Assembly: GCA_913060435.1 (NCBI GenBank)
Contig: CAJXSB010000001.1
Location: forward strand, 1-58,944
Direction: 5' to 3'
Length of the DNA stretch: 58,944 nucleotides
From: an uncultured Desulfococcus sp.
GTDB taxonomy: Bacteria; Desulfobacterota; Desulfobacteria; Desulfobacterales; Desulfococcaceae
The translations under genes and the position numbers were made by a program. The notes under the pieces were generated by a model. That model was not told the DNA's origin. It saw only the letters and a program-made list of their open reading frames with translations, and did no database searches. The first letter of the stretch is position 1. Each line of letters opens with the position of its first letter. Below, piece after piece: positions 17,558 through 26,894 of the stretch.

Positions 17558-18463
17558 TTACTGGAGATGCTTCATGGCGGTCTGGAGGTTTTCGATCCAC
17601 AGGTCCACCAGGGCGTCCGATTCCGCCAGACCTTTCATGACCGGCACGCACTCGATTCCGGCCTGGGTCAGCATGCTTTTCCAGGAATCGGCTTCGTCGC
17701 CGGCTAGGTCGTTGCGGGCATGGTCTCCGGCCACGGACATTAATGGAATCAGGTAGGCCTTCTTGACGCCCTTTTCCAGGAGCATCGCCTTGACGTCATC
17801 GTATGTGGGGTGGCCCTCCACCGTGCCCACATAGATGTTGGGGTCGGCGTTCTGGAATTTGTACATCATGGCCGAGTAGATGGCGTCGCTGGTGTGGTGG
17901 GTGCCATGGCCCATCAGCACCACCGCGTCCTCGGGCGTCCGCTCCTTGGGAACCATGGCGCCCGGAAGGATCTCCACCACCTTGTTCATGGCTGCGTCCG
18001 ACGAGAGCATGGGATAGGAGACAAAGACCTTGTCGAAGCCGCCGGACATTCTCTCGAACATCTTGGCGTTGACGTAGATGTCGTGGAACTCGAATCCCGG
18101 AATCATGTGGAGGGACTGGACCGCCACCTTCGTGTAGCCGTCGTCCATCAGCTTGGCCAGAGCGACCTCGGGCGAATCCCAGGTTTTTCCTTCCTTGGCC
18201 AGCTTCTGGCGGATGATGTAAGAGGTGTAGGCCCACCGGACCTCCACACCCGGAAACACCTTCTTGACCTGTGCGTCAATGTTGTCGAAGGCGGTCTGGG
18301 CTTCGGGGATGCTCGTGCCAAAGGTCACCAGCAGGATGGCCGGCCCCTTCTCATCGGCCTTGGCGTGGTCGGTGGAATGCCCGTGGCCGGAGGCCATTGC
18401 GGAAGCGGCGAGCAGCGAGACCAGGAAAAAGCACAGGATGGCGACGATCGTTTTTCGGTTCAT
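17558..18463 (-). CDS. cbiK: Sirohydrochlorin cobaltochelatase CbiK, periplasmic form
   Basis: Signal peptide; LLVTFGTS, WAYTS, QSLHMIPGFEF, MGHGT, GTVEG and VAGDHARND. Confidence 0.92.
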   Translation of the reverse strand: MNRKTIVAILCFFLVSLLAASAMASGHGHSTDHAKADEKGPAILLVTFGTSIPEAQTAFDNIDAQVKKVFPGVEVRWAYTSYIIRQKLAKEGKTWDSPEVALAKLMDDGYTKVAVQSLHMIPGFEFHDIYVNAKMFERMSGGFDKVFVSYPMLSSDAAMNKVVEILPGAMVPKERTPEDAVVLMGHGTHHTSDAIYSAMMYKFQNADPNIYVGTVEGHPTYDDVKAMLLEKGVKKAYLIPLMSVAGDHARNDLAGDEADSWKSMLTQAGIECVPVMKGLAESDALVDLWIENLQTAMKHLQ

Positions 18464-18565
18464 TTCTTCTCCCTTTCTGTCATAAATGATGTTGCGTTAT
18501 TGGTGATGGATCCGGAAAAAGTCCGTTTCCATCCATTCCCCCGCGACGGGTACCGGCCCCGGGTC

Positions 18566-18603
18566 AAAAAAAAATCCCGGATCGATGAAGATCGATCCGG
18601 GAT
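18566..18603 (-). terminator. Intrinsic terminator of the cbiK riboswitch expression platform
   Basis: Minus strand ATCCCGGATCGAT-CTTC-ATCGATCCGGGAT followed by a T-run. Confidence 0.8.
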
Positions 18604-18690
18604 GTCCCTTTTTTATCCGCAGATGGCTGGCGACGCCGCTGCATCGCACATGGAGGACACCAGCGTCCGCGCAGGTGTCGCCCCGGTCGA

Positions 18691-18848
18691 CCAGGCAGGT
18701 CTTCTGACTCTCGGATCATCCTACCGGCGGCGCCTTCCCGACCTTTCGGCCAGTGGCGTCCTGCCGCTTTCGTCCCCGATCACAGCGGCGGGCCCGTCCC
18801 CGAATTCCACGGGGTTCCCTCTTCGGCTCTAAATTTGAGCGCCTGATC
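18691..18848 (-). ncRNA. Cobalamin riboswitch (cbiK-cobA)
   Basis: Minus strand AGGGAACCCCGTG...GCCCGCCGCTGTGA...GCCACTGG...GGGAAGG...AGTCAGAAGACCTGCC (B12 box). Confidence 0.92.
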
Positions 18849-19142
18849 AATAATGGGCAACATAGAAACAAAGGGATCCAAAAGTCAAGGGTAAAATCAT
18901 GACGATGGTAAGGGGGCCGGTAGGCGGCGGGGCTGATTGCCAAGGATTCTCCTGCCAGCGGCCAACCTCCGCTTGACATCGTCGCGCTGGCACGGTTATG
19001 AAAGGAGAGAATGACATCCAGCTGGAACAGGTTCTATTCCGGCGGGGTTGCGGGGTGCCGGAAAAGCGCTTGACAACCATCTAAAATGTCGTCTAATTAA
19101 TAATGATGTCAGGTTCCAATTCTTTAGCAAAAAGGGGGTAGC

Positions 19143-19703
19143 ATGGCAGCCAAAGAGAAAGCCGAAGAAAAGCCCCTGACCACCGTAATGGAGGACTATC
19201 TGGAGGCGATTTTTAACCTGGACAAGGAGAAACGGTTTGTCCGCGTCAAGGATATCGCCAAAAAGATGGACGTGAAAATGCCCACCGTGACCAGCATGCT
19301 CAAATCTTTGAAGGAGCGGGGGCTGGTGAACTATGAAAAATACGAATACGTGGAGTTGACCAGGTCCGGTACCTCTGTGGGCAAAGAGATGCGGCGACGG
19401 CATAAGGTGCTGAATAAATTTCTCACCGAAATCCTCCGGGTTCAACCGGAAATCGCCGACGAAGAGGCCTGCAGAATGGAGCATACCCTCAGTTCCCATA
19501 CGCTGGACAGCCTGATCGATTTTATGGAATTTATCCAGACCTGTCCGCGAACCGGCGAAAACTGGCTCGAGTTTTTCACCGAATACCGCAAGCATGGGCG
19601 CAGGCCTGAAAAATGCCAGGCGCGGTGCGAGTCATTTTCCGACGATTTCAAAAAGCAGGTGGATTCCCTGGAAAAGAAGAAGAAAGGAAAAGATACCGGC
19701 TGA
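19143..19703 (+). CDS. DtxR/MntR family metal-dependent repressor
   Basis: MEDYLEAI, RVKDIAKKMDVKMPTV, RRHKVL and EEACRMEH. Confidence 0.92.
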   Translation: MAAKEKAEEKPLTTVMEDYLEAIFNLDKEKRFVRVKDIAKKMDVKMPTVTSMLKSLKERGLVNYEKYEYVELTRSGTSVGKEMRRRHKVLNKFLTEILRVQPEIADEEACRMEHTLSSHTLDSLIDFMEFIQTCPRTGENWLEFFTEYRKHGRRPEKCQARCESFSDDFKKQVDSLEKKKKGKDTG

Positions 19704-19836
19704 CCCCACGGACGGCCCCGTATCCGGCATATGACGCTCTGGCAGTGGTCGCTCAAAAGGCGTCTTTTTTTTGGCCCGAAAAATTAGACCCATCAAATAC
19801 CAGAAGTATTGGCTATCTTGATGAGGATCGACAAGC

Positions 19837-19936
19837 ATGAACTGATCGATGCGCTGAATGCGAGTGCCGCGTCGCCAATTACAAGGTCACCCTCCGAAGC
19901 TCGGAGGCGTCGCTGATCGAGGTCGAGTGTGAATAA
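19837..19936 (+). pseudogene. feoA: feoA remnant
   Basis: 19862-19936 reads ECRVANYKVTLRSSEASLIEVECE*, resembling a FeoA C-terminus, with no in-frame start; sits directly before the feoB remnant. Confidence 0.6.
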
Positions 19937-19983
19937 TCCGCCCCCAGGGGCGCCCACCACAAGCAGGGCATCGCGTTACCAAT

Positions 19984-21116
19984 ATGAAAATGTCACCCGC
20001 AACAAAGGACGACAGGCTTCTGGTTGGCCTGGCCGGGCACCAGAACGCCGGAAAATCGACGGCGTTCAACGTGGTGGACGCCTCCTCCCTGAAGCGGAGC
20101 CTCTATTTCTCTTTCCAGATCATGGAGATGGGGTTCCCGGTGGTCGTCGCGGAAGGGCTGCGGGCGGACAGCCCTTTGCTGAAAACGGCCCAGCGGATCC
20201 GGGACGGGTTTGAAGAAGACCACTACATGACCGTAGCGGACTATATGGTCGGGTGCCGGGATCGCCTGGCCACCTCCATCATCGAATCCTGCGTCCGGGA
20301 AACCAGGGACGGCCGTGACACCATTACCGACATGATCGACATGGTGGTCCTCAACCGTTTCGCCGCGCCGTTTTTTCTGATCGGCACCGGTTTTGTGATT
20401 TATCAATTGTCTATCGTCAAAGGCCATGACCTGCCCCAGTACTGTTGGCCGATACTGGCCCGGCTGCGGGCTTTTGGGGCCGGGATCCTGCCCGACGCCG
20501 GCATGCTGCAGGATCCGTATGTCCGTGCCATGGGGCTCTGGATGGTGGACTCGGCCAACGCACTGCTCAACTATGTTCCCATCTTCCTGATTCTTTTCGC
20601 ATTGATCGCCATTTTCGAGGACAGCGGGTACATGGCGCGAATCGCCTTCATCCTGGACAAGCTCTTCCACTCCTTGGGCCTTCACGGCCAGTCTACGCTG
20701 CCGTATCGACCATCACCATTTTCGTGGCCCTGCTCGTTGCCCGGCTCCTGACCGCCACGATGCTCAAGTCCATGGAGACCGCTCCATTTGTCATGGATCT
20801 GCCCAAATATCATCCGCCCACCATTTTCGGGGTGGGACAGCGGGCCGTCGAATGCACCTGGCAATATATCAAAAGGGTCGGCACCATTGTCGTGGCGGTT
20901 TCGGTCTGCATCCTTTCCTCCTTTGCCGCCAGGGAGTCGAGCGTGGCAACCATCAGCAATGCGGCAATTCGGGGGGGCCTGTACTTCAGCACATGTTCCA
21001 TGATGACGCCTCCTTCCAGCCGGACCTATCTGGTCCGCATCCTTCGCATTGTGGCGGATGCGATGGAAAACCGGATGTCCGTGGAGGGGTCGCCGAGCAA
21101 CTGGGCAGGATTTTGA
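19984..21116 (+). pseudogene. feoB: feoB pseudogene with several internal deletions and a frameshift
   Basis: G1 GHQNAGKST runs straight into VVDASSL..SLY; G2/G3/G4 are missing. EDSGYMARIAFILDK..GLHGQS is followed by a frame change to PFVMDLPKYHPP...KRVGTIV. About 1.1 kb versus ~2 kb or more for an intact gene; 3' end uncertain. Confidence 0.85.
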
Positions 21117-21383
21117 TCAAGACCGGCTTCGCAGTCCATTATCCGGAAGTGGCGGAATCTTTAACGTGGGTGGGATGTATGTGTCAGTTTGCAGCCGCTG
21201 AATAAGAGAAGGCGCAACTCGATCACCATCGATCTCGAGCTACGCCTTCACTTTTTCCCTTCCGTTTCTGCAGACAGAAATCTTTACGATGATTTTTTGG
21301 GAGACATCCGAACGACAGTTCGCCGGCAAGGAAGGGGTTCCGCTTGACAATGGCTGTGATTTTGGGTAACCAGAAAGCCCATA

Positions 21384-21489
21384 GCGTGGCAGAAGTCGCG
21401 CCGACAGAAAAAAAGCATCTCTTCCAAAAGAAAATTCAGCCAAGAAGGCCGGGCCCTGAAACGGGGCAGCGTGTCTTCTTGGCTTTTTT
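21384..21489 (+). promoter_or_regulatory. Dual-hairpin attenuator-like leader, copy F (in tandem with a cobalamin riboswitch)
   Basis: TTGACA at 21344; GCGTGGC-AGAA-GTCGCGC (21384-21401); GCC-AAGAA-GGC (21439-21449); CTTCTTGGC plus T6. Confidence 0.75.
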
Positions 21490-21577
21490 GTTTGGAAAGA
21501 AATGACGGCCTGAAAGGGGCGGGCAATGACCGACTTGACATCTTCGGGCTGGATCGGTAAATGGATCAGGCATAGAT

Positions 21578-21745
21578 GGGGTTTTTGGCGCCTGAACAGG
21601 CTGAAAAGGGAAATCGGTCAAAATCCGATGCGGGCCCGCCACTGTGAGTGGGGACGAAATCCGCGGCATACCACTGGCTGTTGCACAGCCGGGAAGGTGC
21701 GGAGAGTAGAGAGATCCACGAGCCAGGAGACCTGCCGAAAATCCG
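21578..21745 (+). ncRNA. Cobalamin riboswitch (TonB/ExbBD operon)
   Basis: AAAAGGGAAATCGGT...GCCCGCCACTGTGA...CCACTGG...GGGAAGG...AGCCAGGAGACCTGCC. Confidence 0.92.
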
Positions 21746-21801
21746 ATGCACGGTACACGAGGTCATGGACCGCTGCGGTTTCGTTCAAGGAGAAAAGGGA
21801 T

Positions 21802-21840
21802 ATCCCTGAACTGGTGCAGATCAGTTTGGGGATTTTTTTT
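21802..21840 (+). terminator. Intrinsic terminator of the riboswitch expression platform
   Basis: ATCCCTGAACTGGT-GCAG-ATCAGTTTGGGGAT followed by a T-run. Confidence 0.75.
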
Positions 21841-21864
21841 GCAATGGTATTCGAAAGGCATGGG

Positions 21865-22683
21865 ATGAGGGGGAAACGGCGGTGGATGCGTCGGGTGATG
21901 GCGTGCGGATGCGGCATTCTGCTGCTGGGCGGTGCAGCCGCTGTCATGGCTGCGGGGAGTGGGCCTGCACCGGGGCCGTCTGCGGAAGGGGTGCGCCAGA
22001 CAGCGGAATCGGCCGTCGCGGTCCGGCGGGAGACACAGCAGCTCCGGGACCAGTGGGCTGCCGAAGCGGCGGTGCTTCAGGCGGAGGCCGACGCCCTGGA
22101 AAAGCAGCTGGCCCACCTCCAATGGCAGCGCGGCAAAACAGCGGAATACATGGCGGACCTGACGGGAAAAATATCGGCGCTCGAGACCGCTGAGACGGAG
22201 GCGATGGCCGTAGGGGATGCGATGGCGCCGTTCCTGGATGCGGCCGCCGACCGGCTCAAGACATTTGTGGCCGGGGACCTGCCGCTCTTTCCCGAGGCGC
22301 GGGGCGCCCGCATCCAAAGGCTGCTCCAGACCCTCGGCGATGCCGACGCCGATCTCGCAGCCAAGGCCGGGGTGTTTTTCACGGCCCTCGCCGCCGAAAT
22401 AGCCTACGGCCATGAAACCCTGTCGGACGAGGCCGAACTCGACATCGACGGGCGGATCGTCCGAGTCCACCGGCTCTCCGTGGGCCGCCTGGGGCTGTTT
22501 GCCGTCGGCAGCGGCAGTGATGTGTGGCGGTGGCACCCCGAGAACGGGCGCTGGGAAGCTGTCGGCACCTGGGCGTCCCAGATTCAGGAGGCGCTTCAGA
22601 TGGCGGACCGTGCCCGGCTGGCCTCCCTGGTGAGACTGCCCATCGGCCGGCCGGAATCCGTCCTGGAGGAGGAGGCGAAATGA
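21865..22683 (+). CDS. DUF3450 family protein (TtpB-like)
   Basis: Signal peptide, coiled coil, FVAGDLPLFPEAR, EIAYGH and LSVGRLGLF; precedes a long ExbB. Confidence 0.8.
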   Translation: MRGKRRWMRRVMACGCGILLLGGAAAVMAAGSGPAPGPSAEGVRQTAESAVAVRRETQQLRDQWAAEAAVLQAEADALEKQLAHLQWQRGKTAEYMADLTGKISALETAETEAMAVGDAMAPFLDAAADRLKTFVAGDLPLFPEARGARIQRLLQTLGDADADLAAKAGVFFTALAAEIAYGHETLSDEAELDIDGRIVRVHRLSVGRLGLFAVGSGSDVWRWHPENGRWEAVGTWASQIQEALQMADRARLASLVRLPIGRPESVLEEEAK

Positions 22684-24074
22684 GGGGCGTCATCCTTCTG
22701 TTTCTCGTGCTGTCCCTGCCGGCCGCACTCTGGGCCGATCCGGGTACTTTCCCGCAGGTGGCCGGGGATGTGGCGGCCGACCTGGCAGAGGCAACAAAGG
22801 AGAAGGCCCTTGCCGAGGCGGCCATTGACCGGGAAAGATCGGCGCTCCAGTCGGAGCTGACGCAGCTCCGACAGCGGCTGGCGGAGGAGCAGGCCGCCCT
22901 GGCCGAGGAAGAGGCGGCACTGGCGGCGCTGCGGGATCGGCGCCAGGCCCTGACCGAAGCCCTCCAGGAGCATACCGCCGGCATGGCGACGGTGACGGCC
23001 GCCGTTCACGAGTTTGCCCGGAATTTCCTGGAGCTGGCCGAGGGGTCGCCCTACGCTGCGGAGGCGCCCGACCGCCTGGCCGATTTGAAGCGCCTCCTGG
23101 AGAAGGACCAGGCCCCGGGCATCTCCGATATCCGGGGCCTGGTGGATTTTGCCTTTGAGGACCTGGCCGCATCCGGCCAGCGCCTCCGGCGGACCGGCAC
23201 ATACCTGGACCGGGAAGGACGGCCGGTGACGGGGGCGATCTGCCGGCTGGGCCACCTGTCCGCCCTGGCGGATGGGGGCGGCGCACCCGGATACCTCCAC
23301 ACCAGCCCTGCCTCCGGCCGCCTCATGGCGGCTGCTTCGCCCGGCTGGCAGGTCGAGAGAAACCTCGGCCGGTACCTGGGCGGGGAGACCGACGCCGTCT
23401 TTCTGGATGTGACGGGCGGCGCGGCCCTCCGGCAGCTCTCCCGCCGGGTCACCCTGTGGGAGGAGCTGCAGAGCGGGGGATTCCTGGTCTGGCCCATCCT
23501 CCTGGTGGGCCTGGCCGCATTGGTGCTCTCCATCGAACGCTTCTTCTTTCTGGGGCGGGTGCGCCAGAACACCGATGTCCTGATGGGCAGGGTCACCGCG
23601 CTCGTTGCCGGCGGTGACTTCGGCGGGGCCCTGGCCGCGGCCGGCACCCAGGCCGGCCGGCCCACCGCCAACGTCATCAAGGCGGGCCTGGAGATGCAGG
23701 ACGAGCCCCGGGACATCATCGAGAGCCGCCTGAGCGAAGCCATCCTGAAGGAAACACCGCGCCTGGAGCGGTTTCTGCCGGCCCTCAAGGTCCTGGCGGC
23801 CATCGCCCCGCTGCTCGGCCTCCTGGGAACGGTGACCGGCATGATCAACACCTTCAAGGTGATCACCGTCCACGGCACCGGGGACCCGCGCCTGATGGCG
23901 GGCGGCATCAGCGAGGCCCTGATCACCACCCAGCTGGGGCTCGCCGTCGCCATTCCCATCATGATGATGGCCGCTTTCCTGGGGCGCAAGGCTCAGGTCA
24001 TCGCGGGCGACATGGAGGAGAAGGCCATGGCCATGATGGCGTCCCTGCTCCGGCGCCAGCGGAACGGCCGATGA
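22680..24074 (+). CDS. Long MotA/TolQ/ExbB protein with periplasmic N-domain (TtpC-like)
   Basis: Signal peptide, coiled coil, APLLGLLGTVTGMINTF and GGISEALITTQLGL. Confidence 0.88.
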   Translation: MRGVILLFLVLSLPAALWADPGTFPQVAGDVAADLAEATKEKALAEAAIDRERSALQSELTQLRQRLAEEQAALAEEEAALAALRDRRQALTEALQEHTAGMATVTAAVHEFARNFLELAEGSPYAAEAPDRLADLKRLLEKDQAPGISDIRGLVDFAFEDLAASGQRLRRTGTYLDREGRPVTGAICRLGHLSALADGGGAPGYLHTSPASGRLMAAASPGWQVERNLGRYLGGETDAVFLDVTGGAALRQLSRRVTLWEELQSGGFLVWPILLVGLAALVLSIERFFFLGRVRQNTDVLMGRVTALVAGGDFGGALAAAGTQAGRPTANVIKAGLEMQDEPRDIIESRLSEAILKETPRLERFLPALKVLAAIAPLLGLLGTVTGMINTFKVITVHGTGDPRLMAGGISEALITTQLGLAVAIPIMMMAAFLGRKAQVIAGDMEEKAMAMMASLLRRQRNGR

Positions 24075-24712
24075 ACGGGCTGGCAGCGGTGGCCGCCTAT
24101 ACCCGGGCCGGCGGCCCCGTCATGATTCCCCTGATTCTCGTCTCCCTGGCGATGTGGCACCTGATCGCCCTCAAATGCTTCTGGATCCTGCGGGTCCGGC
24201 GCCATCCGCTGAAGCTCGCCGAGGCCCTGGCGCGGATCGCCGTCCCGGACGTCCTTCCCCCGACAGCGGCCGGGCCGGAGGGGTCGCGGATGTCGGTGCT
24301 CGCCCATTTCCTCGCCCATCGGAGCCGGGATCCGGAGACGGACCGAATCCTCTGGGAGGTCTCGGTCCGGCGGCAGCTTACCCGCATCGGCCGCTACCTG
24401 ACCGGCATCCGGGTCTTCGGGGCGGTGGCACCCCTGCTGGGGTTGCTGGGCACCGTCCGGGGCATGGTCGAGACCTTTCACGTCATGGGGTTTCAGGGAA
24501 CGGGCAATGCCCAGGCCCTGGCATCGGGCATCAAGGAGGCCCTCATCACGACCCAGATGGGCCTTCTGGTCGCCATTCCCGGTCTCTTTGCCGCACAGGT
24601 GCTGGCCAAGAAGGTACGCGACATCCAGGGGGATCTCCTCCTGTTTCACCGGGCCGTGGACCAGTCGCTGGAACACGGCGGACGATCGGAAGGAGAGGAT
24701 GCCCATGCTTAG
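24071..24712 (+). CDS. exbB: ExbB proton channel
   Basis: APLLGLLGTVRGM, GIKEALITTQMGLLVAIP. Confidence 0.88.
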   Translation: MNGLAAVAAYTRAGGPVMIPLILVSLAMWHLIALKCFWILRVRRHPLKLAEALARIAVPDVLPPTAAGPEGSRMSVLAHFLAHRSRDPETDRILWEVSVRRQLTRIGRYLTGIRVFGAVAPLLGLLGTVRGMVETFHVMGFQGTGNAQALASGIKEALITTQMGLLVAIPGLFAAQVLAKKVRDIQGDLLLFHRAVDQSLEHGGRSEGEDAHA

Positions 24713-25136
24713 ATCCAAAGGCCGGCTCGGGGCCGGGCGCGCCCTTGAAGAAAGCACCGAGGCCGACATCAACATGGCGCCGCTCATCGACATGATCTTC
24801 ATCCTGCTGATCTTTTTTCTGGTGACCGCCAGCTTCGTTCGGGAGAGCGGGGTGGAGATCCAGCGCCCCGAGGCGGCGTCGGCGGAATCCGAAGATGCCG
24901 TCGGGCTGATGATCGGCGTGACGCCCGCCGGCGAGATCTTTATCGACGGCCGCGCCGTGGCGCTGCGGCGCGTCCGGGCCGTTGTCGAGCGTTTCCTGCT
25001 GGAAAACCCGGCCGGGGGGGTCTTGATCGAAGCCGACCGGGACTGCCGTTCGGGGAGGCTGGTGGCGGTGCTGGACCAGTGCCGGCTGGCGGGCGCGGAA
25101 AAGGTAGCCGTCTCCGCTGCGGCGGTAGCGCCGTGA
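24705..25136 (+). CDS. exbD: ExbD
   Basis: INMAPLIDMIFILLIFFLV; IEAD..., VLDQCRLAG. Confidence 0.9.
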   Translation: MLRSKGRLGAGRALEESTEADINMAPLIDMIFILLIFFLVTASFVRESGVEIQRPEAASAESEDAVGLMIGVTPAGEIFIDGRAVALRRVRAVVERFLLENPAGGVLIEADRDCRSGRLVAVLDQCRLAGAEKVAVSAAAVAP

Positions 25137-25933
25137 CGCCTTCCGTCGGGATGACGGGCCGCCTGGGGGATCCCCGTCTGTTTCTGGCGGCCTCTGTTGC
25201 CATCCTGGTGACCCTGGGCCTTTTTGCCCTGGCGCCGCTGCTATTGGATCAGGACGTCCGGACGACGCCGCACCTCCAGGAGACCGTCGACCTCCGGGTG
25301 CCGCTTCGCCTTGCGTCGTCGCCACCGCCAGCGGCCGAGCCTGAACCGGCCCTGCCGTCGCCCCAGGCGCCGCTGCCCCCGCTGCCGGAGCCGACCCCGT
25401 CGATGGCGGACATCCCGGCGCCCGCGCCCCCGCCCCTGGCGCTTGCTGATGCGCCGCTGCCGTCGCTGAAAGTGGCGGCACCCCCCAAACCGCCACGCCC
25501 CAGGCCGGTGACGCCAAAAGCGCCGCCCCCGAAGGCGCCGGCGCCGGCCGCCGCCGTGCCGCCCCCGGCGCAGCCGACCGGGAGCGATGCTGAAAACACC
25601 CCGACAACCGCCGCGACAGAGGATGCCGCCAGGGAAGGGCGGGGGTATGCCATGGACCAGGTGGACACGGTGCCGGCCGTGGTGGGGCAGACCCGGCCCG
25701 CCTACCCCTACCGGGCGAGGCGCCGGAATATCGAAGGGTGGGTCAGGATTCGCTTCCTCGTGGACCAGCGCGGGCGGGTGAACGACCTGAACGTTCTGGA
25801 ATCCTCTCCCGAGGGGGTTTTCGAGGGCGCCGTCCGGGACGCCGTTCTGCGGTGGCGGTTCCGGCCGGGGATCCGGGCGGGTCGGAGCGTGGATGTCTGG
25901 GTGGAAACCACCATCCAGTTTGAACTCGACTGA
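25133..25933 (+). CDS. tonB: TonB energy transducer
   Basis: N-terminal transmembrane helix, Pro-rich linker, YPYRARRRNIEGWV...WRFRPG. Confidence 0.9.
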   Translation: MTPSVGMTGRLGDPRLFLAASVAILVTLGLFALAPLLLDQDVRTTPHLQETVDLRVPLRLASSPPPAAEPEPALPSPQAPLPPLPEPTPSMADIPAPAPPPLALADAPLPSLKVAAPPKPPRPRPVTPKAPPPKAPAPAAAVPPPAQPTGSDAENTPTTAATEDAAREGRGYAMDQVDTVPAVVGQTRPAYPYRARRRNIEGWVRIRFLVDQRGRVNDLNVLESSPEGVFEGAVRDAVLRWRFRPGIRAGRSVDVWVETTIQFELD

Positions 25934-25953
25934 CCACAGCAAGGGAGTATTGG

Positions 25954-26871
25954 ATGAAAACACGCCATATTTTCGCTGGGCTCCTGGTGGGTCTCTGCCT
26001 TTGGTCCGGCGCGCTCCAGGCCGGGTCGCCGCCGCCGTGCCCTGCGCCCCCGCCCGCAGACCCGTCGCTCTTCAAGATCCTGGAGGCGGCCAGGACGTCC
26101 CTGGATGCTGGCCGGGCCGGAAAGGCGCTGGAAGCCCTTTCGGCCTATTCGGCCGCCCATCCCCGACAGCGGCATTACCTCCTCCATTTTTTGATGGGGA
26201 CGGCCCTTTTTCGCTTGAATCAACCGGACCGGGCGGAAAAGGCTTTCATGGCGGCGGCGGACCTCATCCCCTGCCGGAGCGAGGTCTGGGAGAGCATCGC
26301 CGCCGTGAGCGGTGGACAGGGGAACTACGGCGCCGCAGCGGCGGCCCTCTCCGTGGCCTTTCGGCTGGCGCCCCCGACGCGGGAGGCATGGCGGAAGCTG
26401 GGGGATCTCTATCGCCTGGCGGGGGTGCCGGCCGAGGCGGCCCGGGTATACCGCAACGCCCTTGGAAGTGATCCAACCCCAGCGGCCCTGGACCGGCTGG
26501 CCAACGCCTGCCTGGCGGCACACGATCTGGAGGCGGCCCTGGCAGCGGTCCGCAGGGCCGCAGAGAAGGCGCCGACAGCGGGTCGCTGGGCGCGGATCGG
26601 GCAGATCTGCTTTTTGCTGGATCGGCACGAAGCGAGCCTCAACGCCTACCGGACTGCCGCAGCCCTCGACGACCGCGACGGCAGGATGAGCCTCATGGCC
26701 GGGGCGGCGGCAGTGAGGCTGGCACGGCCCGCCGATGCGGAACACCTCTTCCGCCGGGCCCTTGAGGGCGCCGTTCCAGAGAGCGCCACGGCCGAGAGCG
26801 CCGCCCGGGGGCTGGCGGCGCTCCAGGCAGACAATAAAAAAGCCCCTTTCCAGGAAAGGGGCGTCAATTGA
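25954..26871 (+). CDS. Exported TPR protein (TtpD-like)
   Basis: Signal peptide and repeated Ala-rich helical TPR-like units; last gene of the TonB operon. Confidence 0.75.
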   Translation: MKTRHIFAGLLVGLCLWSGALQAGSPPPCPAPPPADPSLFKILEAARTSLDAGRAGKALEALSAYSAAHPRQRHYLLHFLMGTALFRLNQPDRAEKAFMAAADLIPCRSEVWESIAAVSGGQGNYGAAAAALSVAFRLAPPTREAWRKLGDLYRLAGVPAEAARVYRNALGSDPTPAALDRLANACLAAHDLEAALAAVRRAAEKAPTAGRWARIGQICFLLDRHEASLNAYRTAAALDDRDGRMSLMAGAAAVRLARPADAEHLFRRALEGAVPESATAESAARGLAALQADNKKAPFQERGVN

Positions 26872-26894
26872 TGTCGGGGAGACGGCGCGGGAGA

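Noticed and set aside
18996-19595. 199-aa minus-strand ORF
   Set aside because: Antisense to the clear DtxR-family gene.
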